NCBI GenBank assembly: GCA_900546845.1
Contig: UREK01000001.1
Location: 182,774 to 246,773, forward strand
Reading direction: 5' to 3'
Source of the DNA: an uncultured Eubacteriales bacterium
GTDB lineage: Bacteria; Bacillota; Clostridia; Christensenellales; CAG-138
DNA length: 64,000 bases
Shown here piece after piece: positions 8,929 to 18,600 of this stretch (positions within the stretch are counted from its first letter, which is position 1; every line of letters starts with the position of its first letter). The notes under the pieces were generated by a model. The model searched no databases. It was not told the origin of the DNA and was given only the letters and a program-made list of their open reading frames with translations. Both the position numbers and the translations under genes were made by a program.

Positions 8929-9612
8929 CTATGCCGCGGCGGCCTTTCCAAAGGTTTTGTCCGTCCAGGCACGCACCTTTTTGTTGTAAATCAGGAAGTA
9001 GATAGGTACGCAGGCGGCGAAGCCCGCATAAATGTCCAGCACGGAATGCTGTTTTACGAAAACCGTCGCAAGCGTGATGAGGATGGCGAGCAGGATGGAA
9101 CCTGCCTTGAGCCAAACGAAGCGCCTCTCTTTGAGTGGCTTTGCGTCAAACAGCGCAAACACAGCGAGCACGGAGCCGATCACATGGATGCTGGGCAGGA
9201 CGTTCGTGTTGGTATCCGCCGCATAGATGAGGCCCATGAGCCGCGTGAGGATGTTGTCCCGCTCAAAGGAGGCAGGGCGCAGGTTCTGCCCGTTGGGGAA
9301 GAGGACGAAGAATACGATGCTCGCCGTAAAACTTACGGCAATCGCGAGCATATAGCGGCTGAAAGCCGGGGCGTCCCGGAAGAGCAGGAAAAGCCCGGTG
9401 GCCACTAAAAACGGATACCAGAGGTAGTATGGGATCACAAAATATTCTACAAAAGGGATGAGGTCGTCCAACGGGGAATAGGATACCCAGTAATTGGAAT
9501 CTGCCGGAACATAACTTTCTACCCAGAAGAAAGCGATGAGGTAAATGGGCAGATACAGTGCGAGCCAGGCGTGTTTGTTTTCTTTGAGCCAGTCCCAAAA
9601 GCGTTTCATCAT
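8929..9612 (-). CDS. PAP2-superfamily integral membrane protein (PAP2_C / sphingomyelin-IPC-synthase-like branch)
   Basis: 227 aa polytopic protein with LPSIHVIGSVLAV and KQHSVLDIYAG (SxH and HxxxD phosphatase-type motifs). 4-nt overlap with the upstream kinase gene. Confidence 0.65.
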   Translation of the reverse strand: MMKRFWDWLKENKHAWLALYLPIYLIAFFWVESYVPADSNYWVSYSPLDDLIPFVEYFVIPYYLWYPFLVATGLFLLFRDAPAFSRYMLAIAVSFTASIVFFVLFPNGQNLRPASFERDNILTRLMGLIYAADTNTNVLPSIHVIGSVLAVFALFDAKPLKERRFVWLKAGSILLAILITLATVFVKQHSVLDIYAGFAACVPIYFLIYNKKVRAWTDKTFGKAAAA

Positions 9613-10505
9613 GCTTCTCTCGTTACCAACCTTAATGCGTTATGCAAATTTTCTACGATGATGTCCGTTTCTCCCGGCGCGTATTCGCCGTCAAGCGTCC
9701 AGGGGACAGCGGCGGGAGAGTGGATCACCGCCCGGGCCGCCGTGCAGGTGTGGATGAGCTTATCATCGTATTGCTGTGTTTGCAGCGAATAGAGGATACG
9801 GCTTAGGTCCATCGGAGCGGCCGGCATCTTGATGAGTGTAACCTCGAACAGCCCATCGTCGATGATGACGCGCGCTGGGTCCATCGTTAGAAACCCGGCG
9901 ATGGAGGTCGAGTTGCTGATCGCGCCGAAGATGTAATCATCCTCGAATGCGTCCCCGCGGTCCGTCTCAAGCCGCAGATGGATGGGGCGGATGTTTGCAA
10001 GATCCTTCATGCCCTCGAAGATATAGGCCATGTGGCCGAGCATGTTCTTGACTTCCTGCGGCGTGCTGTATGCAGCCTCCGTAAATGCGCCGAAGGAGGC
10101 GACGTATGAGAAGCAGCGCCCGTTGAAGCTGCCGAGGTCGATCGTGCGCAGCCTGCCTTCCATAATGTCGCGCGCAGCCTGCATGATGTTAGAGGAGATC
10201 TTGAGGCTGCTCGCGAAATCGTTGGTGCTGCCGGCGGGAATGTAGCCGATCGGGCAGCCTGCTCCGGATTTCAAGAGGCCGTCGATGACTTCGTTGAGCG
10301 TGCCGTCCCCGCCGATGGAAACGACAAGGTCAGCCCCTCCCGCATGCAGGCGGGTGAATTCCGCACCATCGCCACGCTTCCCCGTCATGTAGGCAGTGGT
10401 GACATAGCCGTAATCGGAAAACAGGCGGAGCAGATCAGGCAGATAACGATTTGCCTTTTTGATTCCGGCGCGGGGATTCATCACGAGCAAAAGCCGTTTT
10501 TCCAA
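9609..10505 (-). CDS. diacylglycerol-kinase-catalytic-domain lipid kinase (YegS/DagK family)
   Basis: 298 aa. LLLVMNPRAGIKKA and VVSIGGDGTLNEV (GGDGT) motifs. TTG start at 10505 preceded by GGAGGTG. Confidence 0.8.
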   Translation of the reverse strand: MEKRLLLVMNPRAGIKKANRYLPDLLRLFSDYGYVTTAYMTGKRGDGAEFTRLHAGGADLVVSIGGDGTLNEVIDGLLKSGAGCPIGYIPAGSTNDFASSLKISSNIMQAARDIMEGRLRTIDLGSFNGRCFSYVASFGAFTEAAYSTPQEVKNMLGHMAYIFEGMKDLANIRPIHLRLETDRGDAFEDDYIFGAISNSTSIAGFLTMDPARVIIDDGLFEVTLIKMPAAPMDLSRILYSLQTQQYDDKLIHTCTAARAVIHSPAAVPWTLDGEYAPGETDIIVENLHNALRLVTREA

Positions 10506-10545
10506 AAGGGCACACCTCCAAATGAACCGGAAAACCGGATGCTAT

Positions 10546-10586
10546 GGAAAACAAAATCCGAACCTCCTGGATCGGGGGTTCGGATT
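10546..10586 (-). terminator. intrinsic terminator after the AOS-SDR pair
   Basis: Stem aatccgaacc/ggttcggatt. On the minus strand it is followed by TTTGTTTTCC. Confidence 0.6.
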
Positions 10587-10636
10587 CTATTTTATCCTAA
10601 GAAGCGGTCCGCGTCAACATGGCGTGCCAGTAGGCG

Positions 10637-11428
10637 CTATTTTGCATAGAGCAGGCCGACGAGGCGGTTGATGAACCGGTAGGGCAAGAGCTTGCGCAGC
10701 ATCACGAAGAATTGGTACTGGAGTCCCGCCGTATACTGCGGTTTGAGCGCGCGCTTCTGCGCGAGTCGGTAGAGCTTGCGCGCGATGTACGCGGGCTCCA
10801 TGCCGTGCTCCTCGTCGTGCTCCATCGTGGCGACGGAGCGGGGAAGCGCGGGATAAACGTCCTGCCCCGCAAAACTCTTTTCCCGCGCGGCGGTGAAGCC
10901 GGTCTTGATGTCCCCTGGCATGAGCGCCGCAACGCGGACGCCATACGGGCGAACCTCGTTGGCGAGCGCCGCGCACAGTGCGTTGATAGACGCCTTGGCG
11001 GCGGAATAGAAGCTCTGGAACGGGATGGAAAGCACCGCCGCGACCGAGCTTACGCAGAGGATGCAGCCGGCCCGCTGGGCGCGCATCTGCGGCAGCACGG
11101 CCTGGATGCAATGGAGCGCGCCGAAGAAGTTCACATCAAACTGGCGCTTTGCGTCCGAAGGCTCTGTGAATTCGATCGCGCCAGAGATGCCAAACCCTGC
11201 GTTGCACACAAGAACATCAATGCGCCCCTCTTCTGCAACTATGGCGGCGACCGCGGCTCGGACGCTTTCCGCATCGGTCACGTCCGTCGGAATATGGCGG
11301 ACGGGGCCGCTGTCGTAGGGCTTGCGGGAAAGCCCGTAAACGGCGTATCCTTTTTCGGCGAACAGCGTTGCCGTGGCAAGGCCGATCCCGCCGGAGGCGC
11401 CGGTGATAATGGCAACTTTATTCGGCAT
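10637..11428 (-). CDS. short-chain dehydrogenase/reductase (SDR)
   Basis: 263 aa. TGASGGIG cofactor motif, NAG, and the catalytic YSAAK. Its start overlaps the AOS stop by 11 nt. Confidence 0.85.
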   Translation of the reverse strand: MPNKVAIITGASGGIGLATATLFAEKGYAVYGLSRKPYDSGPVRHIPTDVTDAESVRAAVAAIVAEEGRIDVLVCNAGFGISGAIEFTEPSDAKRQFDVNFFGALHCIQAVLPQMRAQRAGCILCVSSVAAVLSIPFQSFYSAAKASINALCAALANEVRPYGVRVAALMPGDIKTGFTAAREKSFAGQDVYPALPRSVATMEHDEEHGMEPAYIARKLYRLAQKRALKPQYTAGLQYQFFVMLRKLLPYRFINRLVGLLYAK

Positions 11429-12605
11429 CCTGCTTCAGCACCCTTTCGAAAATGTCCAGAGCCTCGTCGAGAAGCGGCTCGGTGAGCGTGGCCATATAGC
11501 TCGTGCGCAGCAGGCACTCCGTTGCGGGCGTAGCCGGCGGCAGCACGGGGTTCACATAAACGCCCTCGTCGTAAAGCCGCTTGGCCGTGGCGAGCGTATT
11601 CATGGTGTCGTAGGTATAGATGGGGATGATAGGCGTCGCGCTCTCGCGGATGGCGATGCCGCGCGCGCGCATGCCCTTGCGCATGTAGGAAGAGAGCGCG
11701 GCAAGGCGCGCCGGAAGCTCCGGCGTCTCCTCCAGGATGCGCAGCGCCTCAAGCGCTGTGGCGCAGCTTGCGGGCGGGATGGATGCGCAGAAGATGAACG
11801 GACGGGAGGCATGGCGCACGTAGTCGACGATGCGCGCGTCCGCCGCCATGTAGCCGCCAAGGCTTGCAAGGGACTTGCTGAACGTACCCATGATGATGTC
11901 GACCTCGTCCGTCAAGCCGAAGTGCTCCGCGGTGCCGCGCCCGTGCACGCCGAGCACGCCAAGGCCGTGCGCATCGTCCACCATGACGCGCGCGCCATAC
12001 TGCTTGGCCAGCCGGACGATCTCCGGCAGGTTGCAGATGTCGCCGCCCATGCTGAACACGCCGTCGGTCACGATCAGCTTGCCGGCGGTCTCCGGGATGT
12101 TTTGCAGCTTCTTTTCGAGATCCGCCATGTCGTTGTGGCGGTAGCGCACCATGGTGGCGTAGCTGAGCTTGCAGCCATCGTAAATGCTCGCGTGGTTCTC
12201 CCGGTCGCAGAGAATGTAATCGTCCTTGCCCGCGATGGCGCTGATGATGCCGAGGTTGCTCTGGAAGCCCGTGGAGAACGTCATCACGGCCTCTTTGCCG
12301 AGGAAGGAAGCGAGTTCCTCCTCAAGCTCTACATGCAGCTCTAGCGTGCCGTTCAGGAACCGGGAGCCGGAGCAGCCGGAACCGTAGCGCTCAAGCGCTT
12401 TGAGCCCCGCTTCGATTACGCGCGGGTGCGTGGTGAGGCCGAGGTAGTTGTTGGAGCCAAGCATGATGCGGCGCTTGCCTTCCATGATGACCTCCACGTC
12501 CTGCCGGGATTCAAGTTTGTGAAAGTAGGGGTAGATGTTTGCAGTGCGGATCTCGTCCACGTAGGGGTTGGTGCATTTTGCGAATAAGTCCATATGATGT
12601 TCCAT
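11418..12605 (-). CDS. PLP-dependent alpha-oxoamine synthase (serine palmitoyltransferase / KBL / BioF family)
   Basis: Within ORF 11418..12698(-): SNNYLGLTTHPRV, DDAHGLGVLG, and GTFSKSLASLGGY (PLP-lysine context). Start at 12605 or 12593 (MEHHMDLF), after GGAAGGA. Confidence 0.85.
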   Translation of the reverse strand: MEHHMDLFAKCTNPYVDEIRTANIYPYFHKLESRQDVEVIMEGKRRIMLGSNNYLGLTTHPRVIEAGLKALERYGSGCSGSRFLNGTLELHVELEEELASFLGKEAVMTFSTGFQSNLGIISAIAGKDDYILCDRENHASIYDGCKLSYATMVRYRHNDMADLEKKLQNIPETAGKLIVTDGVFSMGGDICNLPEIVRLAKQYGARVMVDDAHGLGVLGVHGRGTAEHFGLTDEVDIIMGTFSKSLASLGGYMAADARIVDYVRHASRPFIFCASIPPASCATALEALRILEETPELPARLAALSSYMRKGMRARGIAIRESATPIIPIYTYDTMNTLATAKRLYDEGVYVNPVLPPATPATECLLRTSYMATLTEPLLDEALDIFERVLKQDAE

Positions 12606-12895
12606 TCCTTCCAAATTGGTTTTCGGGCTGTGCCGCGCCTGCGGCGGAAAATAAAAACGGCGCCCGGCGAGTTTGCCAAGCATGTATAATACGAACAAAT
12701 TTTATATCATTTTTGGGATAATAACAAGTTAAAATAGAACCCAGCGCATATTTTTTCGCAAATCATAAGAAACATGCCCCAAAGTGCAGGCTTTGCACCT
12801 TGCCTGGAAAGTGCGCGCTGTGATATAGTATCACCCGAATGCGGTTTGCGGGGCGGCTGCGCCCCACGAAAAAACATTTGTAGGAAATGAACGGT

Positions 12896-13408
12896 ATGGA
12901 GAAACAGATTCGGATCTTATTCGTGTGCCACGGCAACATCTGCCGTTCCCCGATGGCGGAATTCATCCTGCGCGCGCGGGCAGAAGCCCTCGGCCTCGGC
13001 GCTTTCGTGGCGGCTGATTCCGCCGCGACGAGCGCGGAGGAGCTGGGCTGCCCCGTACATCCCGGCGCGGCGGCAATTTTGCGCGCCCAGGGGATCGACT
13101 GCTCCGAAAAGCGCGCGCGGCAGATGCGCAAGAGCGACTATACGGCGTATGATTACCTTGTCGGCATGGACCGGATGAACGTTGCGGACATGCGCCGCAT
13201 CGCGGGCGGCGACCCGGAGGGCAAGATATGCCGGCTGCTGGATTTTGCGGCCAACCCGCGGGACATTGCGGATCCTTGGTATACCGGCGATTTTGACGCC
13301 ACTTACGCGGACGTTTGCGAGGGCTGCGAGGCATTGCTCAAGCGCCTGAAGGAGCAGCGGCTTGCGATCCCAGCAACTGTGCGTGTATGCCACGTGCAAA
13401 CGCGCTGA
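12896..13408 (+). CDS. low-molecular-weight protein-tyrosine phosphatase
   Basis: ILFVCHGNICRSPMAE (the CX5R(S/T) P-loop) and DPWY near the C-terminus. Start at the second ATG (12896), 8 nt after AGGAAA. Confidence 0.85.
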   Translation: MEKQIRILFVCHGNICRSPMAEFILRARAEALGLGAFVAADSAATSAEELGCPVHPGAAAILRAQGIDCSEKRARQMRKSDYTAYDYLVGMDRMNVADMRRIAGGDPEGKICRLLDFAANPRDIADPWYTGDFDATYADVCEGCEALLKRLKEQRLAIPATVRVCHVQTR

Positions 13409-14426
13409 TGCGTGCGTTCACGCCCAGGGCGCGCATGGCGCTGCCGGGGTCGTTGGCGGTTTCCGCAAGGCAGAAGCGGGGCGGAAGCATGAGCGTCTTG
13501 TTTAAACAGAGCGCGCCGAGCACCTGCTGGGCGACGAGGTCGCTGCCGCTGTAGCCGGAGACGACGATGGAATAAAGATACTTGTCATACAGCGAGTTGT
13601 TCACGAGAAGGGCGGTGAGCCGGTTGATGAAAGCCATAATGTTCGCGCTCACCGAATCGTTGTAATTCGGGCACAGGAGCAAAAGCGCGTTCGCTTCCAT
13701 CAGCGCGGGAAATACATCCTCCACGATGCTGCCGCCGTAAAAGCACTCGTTGGTCTGCGCGAAGTGGGCGCAGGCCTTGTAGGAGCAGCCGCGGCAATCG
13801 TGGATCGCGCCGTTTTGCAGGGAGATCTCGCGGAATTCGCAGCAATCGCGCAGGGAATCGCGGACCGCATCGCCGAGCGCGAGCGTGTTGGAGGTCGCGT
13901 GCATGGAGGCATGCAGCAAAAGGATGCGCGGGTGCGCGAAGCGCGGCGCTTCAAAGGCGAGCAGCCGTTCCACAAGCGCGCGGGCGAGCAGGGGATACGC
14001 CTCCTCCGGCGTTACGCCGAGGCGCATCGCCGTAACATGCAGGTTGGAAAGCGAGCCCGTGCCCTCCACGAGCGGCTTCCCCGGAAAGGTACAGCCCGCG
14101 TTGCTCGCGGCGTGGGCGAGCATGCGCGCAAGCTGCTTGGTATAAAATTCACCCTCGCCGTCGATGAGCATCACGGCGGATGCGCCTTCCATCGCGGATG
14201 TGTCGCGCCGCAGGTGCAGGATGAGCGCGGAGATGTCCGCATCGAGGCCGTATTCGCCCACGGAAAGGGCGAAGAGGACGCGCCGCCCGGCGAGCAGCGG
14301 GATGCGCGCTTGCCCCAGGCGGACTTGCTCGCAGGGGATGTGCGCAAGGATTCGCGCGAGCACGGCGTTGAGGCGCGGGCTGCGCCCCGCGAGCAGGACG
14401 AGAAGCGGTGCGGGCTGCGTTGTCAT
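13338..14426 (-). CDS. two-domain flavoprotein; C-terminal NADPH-dependent FMN reductase/flavodoxin-like domain with a Cys cluster
   Basis: 362 aa. C-terminal half reads ILLLHASMHATSNT...HDCRGCSYKACAH...LLLLCPNYNDSVSANIMAFINR (NAD(P)H-FMN reductase-like). The N-terminal ~160 aa is unassigned. ATGA overlap with the upstream gene. Confidence 0.6.
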   Translation of the reverse strand: MTTQPAPLLVLLAGRSPRLNAVLARILAHIPCEQVRLGQARIPLLAGRRVLFALSVGEYGLDADISALILHLRRDTSAMEGASAVMLIDGEGEFYTKQLARMLAHAASNAGCTFPGKPLVEGTGSLSNLHVTAMRLGVTPEEAYPLLARALVERLLAFEAPRFAHPRILLLHASMHATSNTLALGDAVRDSLRDCCEFREISLQNGAIHDCRGCSYKACAHFAQTNECFYGGSIVEDVFPALMEANALLLLCPNYNDSVSANIMAFINRLTALLVNNSLYDKYLYSIVVSGYSGSDLVAQQVLGALCLNKTLMLPPRFCLAETANDPGSAMRALGVNARISAFARGIHAQLLGSQAAAPSGA

Positions 14427-15676
14427 AGCAGGAACTCCTTTAGCTCGGAATGCGCCGCGTCAAGGCGCGCAGCAAGCGCTGGTGGGATGGGTTCGCGCAA
14501 AAGCGCGGGCCCGTTTTTCGTGAAGCGGGTGCGGCAGCCAAAATAAGCCCCGCCCATGGGGACCGCTCCGTCGTGCCATTCGCCGCGCAGAGTCTTGAGT
14601 ACGCTCACGCACGCGGAGGAAAGCCCGGGCGCGATGTAGGGCTTGAAGCCGAGCGCGCGCACGCGCAGGTTTGCAGCGGCGGCCTGCTCGGTGAGCCGCG
14701 CCGAAAGCGCGCCGTCGTACGCCGCGCCGGGCGCGTTGGCGATGATGAGCCCCTGCCCGTGCGGGCCGTATGCGCGCACGGCCTCCGGGTCTAGCCCGGC
14801 CTTTTTCGCATAATACTGCGCGCGGGCGCGCATCACGCCAAGGCCGTATCCCTGCACCTGCTCCGGCAGAAGGCCGCAGCCGTCAAAATTGCCGCGCTCG
14901 TCCCGGTTGCTGTCGAGGAAAACGGCGCGCGCAAGGTGATCCACGGGGTCGGAAATCTGCGCGAACAGGCCGGAAAACCCGCAGCCGCGGGCTTTTTTTG
15001 CGTAGTGGGAGAGCATGGCGCGGTTGGCTTCAAACTGCACCATGCGTACATCGCCGGTTTTTTCCGTCAGCGGCGGCACCCCGCGGGAGGCTGTGAAGAG
15101 CAGCGCGTCGCAATCGAACAGCGCATCTTCCCCGCAGACGTACACCGGCGGGAGCGGCGCGTCTGAAACTGGAAGCACCTGGTTGAGCTCCATCTCATAG
15201 CGCGCGCACTGGGCTGCGTTCGGGTCAAAGATGCCGATGGAGGAAAGCTCCGTGCCGAGGAGCTTAAGCCCGGTGAGCACCGTGCCGCCCACATCGCCCA
15301 GGCCGACGAGCATCACGCGCGGGCGCTTTTGCGGGGCGAGGAAGCGTGCGAGCACGTCGTAGCAGCGGGCAAATGCCGTGTTGAGCGCGCACGCGCCCTC
15401 GCGCGCGAGGATCGCGCGTACCGGTTCCGGCAAGCGGGAAGGCCCCGGCCCCTGCGCCGCAGGGAGGGGCCGGAGCAGCGCGGAAGGGATCTCCGGCCCG
15501 AACAGCTCGGCCTCCGCTTGCAGGGCAAAGACGCCCCGGCTCCCGCGCCCGCTGCGCATCAGCAAAATCACGAGGGGGGAAAACGGCTCCTCCACGGGGG
15601 ACGCGCTCTCCGGAAGCGTGCATCCCGCCTCGAACGGGAACAGGCACGCACCGCGGTATGCATAATATCGGCTCAT
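14423..15676 (-). CDS. lactate/malate dehydrogenase-like NAD(P) oxidoreductase with an N-terminal extension
   Basis: In ORF 14423..15880(-), start at MSRYYAYRG (15676) after GAAGGAGGG. Rossmann motif VMLVGLGDVGGT, ISDPVDHLA (compare NPVD), and YGPHGQG (compare GEHGDS). Confidence 0.65.
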   Translation of the reverse strand: MSRYYAYRGACLFPFEAGCTLPESASPVEEPFSPLVILLMRSGRGSRGVFALQAEAELFGPEIPSALLRPLPAAQGPGPSRLPEPVRAILAREGACALNTAFARCYDVLARFLAPQKRPRVMLVGLGDVGGTVLTGLKLLGTELSSIGIFDPNAAQCARYEMELNQVLPVSDAPLPPVYVCGEDALFDCDALLFTASRGVPPLTEKTGDVRMVQFEANRAMLSHYAKKARGCGFSGLFAQISDPVDHLARAVFLDSNRDERGNFDGCGLLPEQVQGYGLGVMRARAQYYAKKAGLDPEAVRAYGPHGQGLIIANAPGAAYDGALSARLTEQAAAANLRVRALGFKPYIAPGLSSACVSVLKTLRGEWHDGAVPMGGAYFGCRTRFTKNGPALLREPIPPALAARLDAAHSELKEFLL

Positions 15677-15692
15677 AGGCCCTCCTTCGGTT

Positions 15693-18600
15693 TTAGGTTT
15701 CCTCCATGCGGCCCAGCCGCTGAAACAGGGCCATATCGTCTGCCAGGCAGGCGGAAGCGAACGCACCCGGGTCGTACTGCATGTGCATCCCCTTGTCCGG
15801 CAGGCGCGGGCGGTAGAGCGCCTCAGGCAGGCGTTTGAGCGTGAGGGAGGTGTTGAGAAGCGCCTGGTGCCGCCGTTCAAGCACCGCGAGGATGTCCATC
15901 GCGTTTTGCAGCGAGACGCGGGAAAAGTTGCGCAGCGCCGTTTCCGGAACGCCGTGCAGGTAACGTGGGCAGGCGTAGGGGAAGATCAGGTTCACGGAGG
16001 GCAGGAGGCCGCCCGTGCGTCGGTCCGCCTGCACACTGTCCCCGCCGAGGAACGGGTATTGCAGGCTTTCGGTGAACCAATAGCGCAGGTTCGGGATGAA
16101 GTACTCGCAATCCACCGCGCGGCCCTGGAAGTCCATCAGATCCTTCCCGCGGCCGGAAAGCACGCCCACGATGATGCGGCGGATCTCCACATCCTCCTGC
16201 CGGAAGATGGGGTCGAGCATTTCGAGCCGGTAGCCGTTGTGCAGCAGGTCGTCCACCAGCAGCACCGGGCGGCGGAAGGATTTGAGTGTGCGCACCTGGT
16301 TCGCAAGGGAGGAATACCCCGGATACTCGGTGATGGTGAAGCCTGTGATGCCCGCATCAAACACCTTGTCCGCATGCAGCGTTTTGGTAACGACGTTGGG
16401 GACAACCTCGCCGGAAAGGATCTTGCCATAGGGCACGCACATGTCCGCCCCCAGCCCTTCGCCGGGCGCAAGGCGCTCTACCCCGGCTGCGGCGCGCACG
16501 CGGTGGACGAGCGCCTGGTTTAAAAGCTCTGTGTTGAAGCAGAGCAGGAGGGCCCCCGGGAACATGGCGGCGATGGCGCGGCGCAGCGCCGGGCGCGCGG
16601 CATAGACCACATCCCGCACGGCGTCATCATCATGCAGCGGCGGCTTGATACGCTCGAGTGCGTCCTGCACGAGCACGAGCGGCGCGCGCATATCCACGAT
16701 AAGGATATCTTCCTGCCCGTGGACGGGCAGGAACCCCATCTGCTCAAGCGTAGGACGCAGCGGGTCGTTTTCCCGGGAGACGTAGAGCGCGGAGGTACAA
16801 TCCCCGGAGAGCGCGCGGGCGAGCAGCTCCGTCACGAGCAGCAGAAGCCCTTCGCGGATGGCCGCGTCCTCCAGCCGCACTTCTTCGATGAGCAGCACCC
16901 GGCCGGCGGCTTCCAGGCGCACGGCTTCGGCGGCTGCCCGGCCGTTGAGCGCGGCGTAAAGGCCGGAAACGTGCAGCGTGCGCCCAAGGGCATAGCCGAG
17001 CGGGCGCGCTTGATCCCGGCGGCGCAGGAGGGCGGCAGAGGGCCGTTCCAGCTCCGCGAGGCGCGCATCAAGTTCCGGGCAGCCCGTGGGCGGGCCGCCG
17101 GGGCGCCAGCTTTCGAAATAAAGCTCGCGCAGGGCGATGATGTGCTTGAGCTGCGGAGAGCGCAGGTAAAGCCCGCGGGAATAGATGAACTCCTGCACGA
17201 CGGGGTCGAGCAGCATGGAAATGTCGAGATTTTTGTCGATGTATTCCCGGATGCGGGAGGAGCTCACGCTCTCATAATATGCGGGCAGGGAAAGCAGGAT
17301 GAGCTTCCCGCGGATCACATCCGAAAGCGGGCGCACGGCGACGCTCTCCGCGCTTTCATCCCGCACGAAGACGATGTGGTTGTAGCCCGCCGCGCCGCCG
17401 GGCAGCCCGGCGCGGTACGCGGAGGCGTTGCGGATCACGTCGCTCCCCGCGACGAGGAAAAGCTCCCGCTCCGGGAAGAGCGATGCAAGGCGCGCCAAAT
17501 CGTCCGGCACGGCGAGGTTCACCGGGATGTCATCCGGAAAAAGGAACACATCCGCAAAGTCCGCGACGGACATGCTGACGATCTGCCGCCGGAGCAGGCG
17601 TGGGAGCGTGCGCTTGCTCCAGGAGAATTCATCCACCGCCAGGTAGACCTCGAAGCCGCGCGCGCGGATCTCCCGCACGATGCGCTTATGCCCGGCGGAG
17701 AACGGATCGAATGTGCCGGGGAAGAAGGCGGCGGGGCGCAGCGGCGGGAACTCGAACGGGCCGAAGGCGACCTCGCATTCGGTCACAAAGCGGTAAAGGT
17801 GGTTGAGCATCGCCGCCTGGTTATAGAAGTCAAGCCGCCCTTCCCGCGGTTCCGCAAGGAGGGTGCGCAGCTTCTTGACCACGCCCGGGAAGCAGGCGCG
17901 CCGCGCCGCGAGCGGCACATAGTTGTTGTAGAAGAAATCGCGGCACAGAACGCCGAGCGCGGTGGAGTGGATCGTCGCGTCATAATGGGCGACGCCTGTG
18001 AGCAGCAGGCCGAGGATGCGTTCCGCGTCCTTTGGATCGAACGCGTCCCCCGCGTCGATGGCGACGGTATAAAGGATCACGCTGAAAGTGCGGATGGCGG
18101 CGCAGGAAGCCTGCACGTTCGCGCTGCGCAGGAGCGCCTCGAGCATGTCCATACATTCGTCGAACTCCTTTTGCGGCAGGCGGCAGATGAGCCGCCCCAC
18201 GCAGGGGGAGATGAAGCGCGCGACCTCGCTCTGCCCGGTTTCGAGCTCCCGCAGCAGGTCGATGACGATCTCGTTGCACTGATCTACGGAAAGATACTTT
18301 GCTATGCGCACGAGGCTCTTCCCCGCGTGTTCGCGCACGGGAAGGTGCTCGCTGACGCAGAGCAGGTTGGAAAGATGCATGGCGATGTGGAACGCGTCCG
18401 TGCGGCTTGCGGCCGCATGGGCCGAAAGCGCGTCGATTTGTACGAGCTTGACCGTCCAATGCACGGCGTTTTTGAGGTTGCTCAGATAAAGTTCGGAAAT
18501 GTCTAGCGCGGGCGGCTCAGGCGCGCCGGGGCAAAGGACGGCGCGCACATGCCCGCAGAGGTAGGCGACGGCGGGCTCGGGCGCGCCGGGGAGCGCATCG

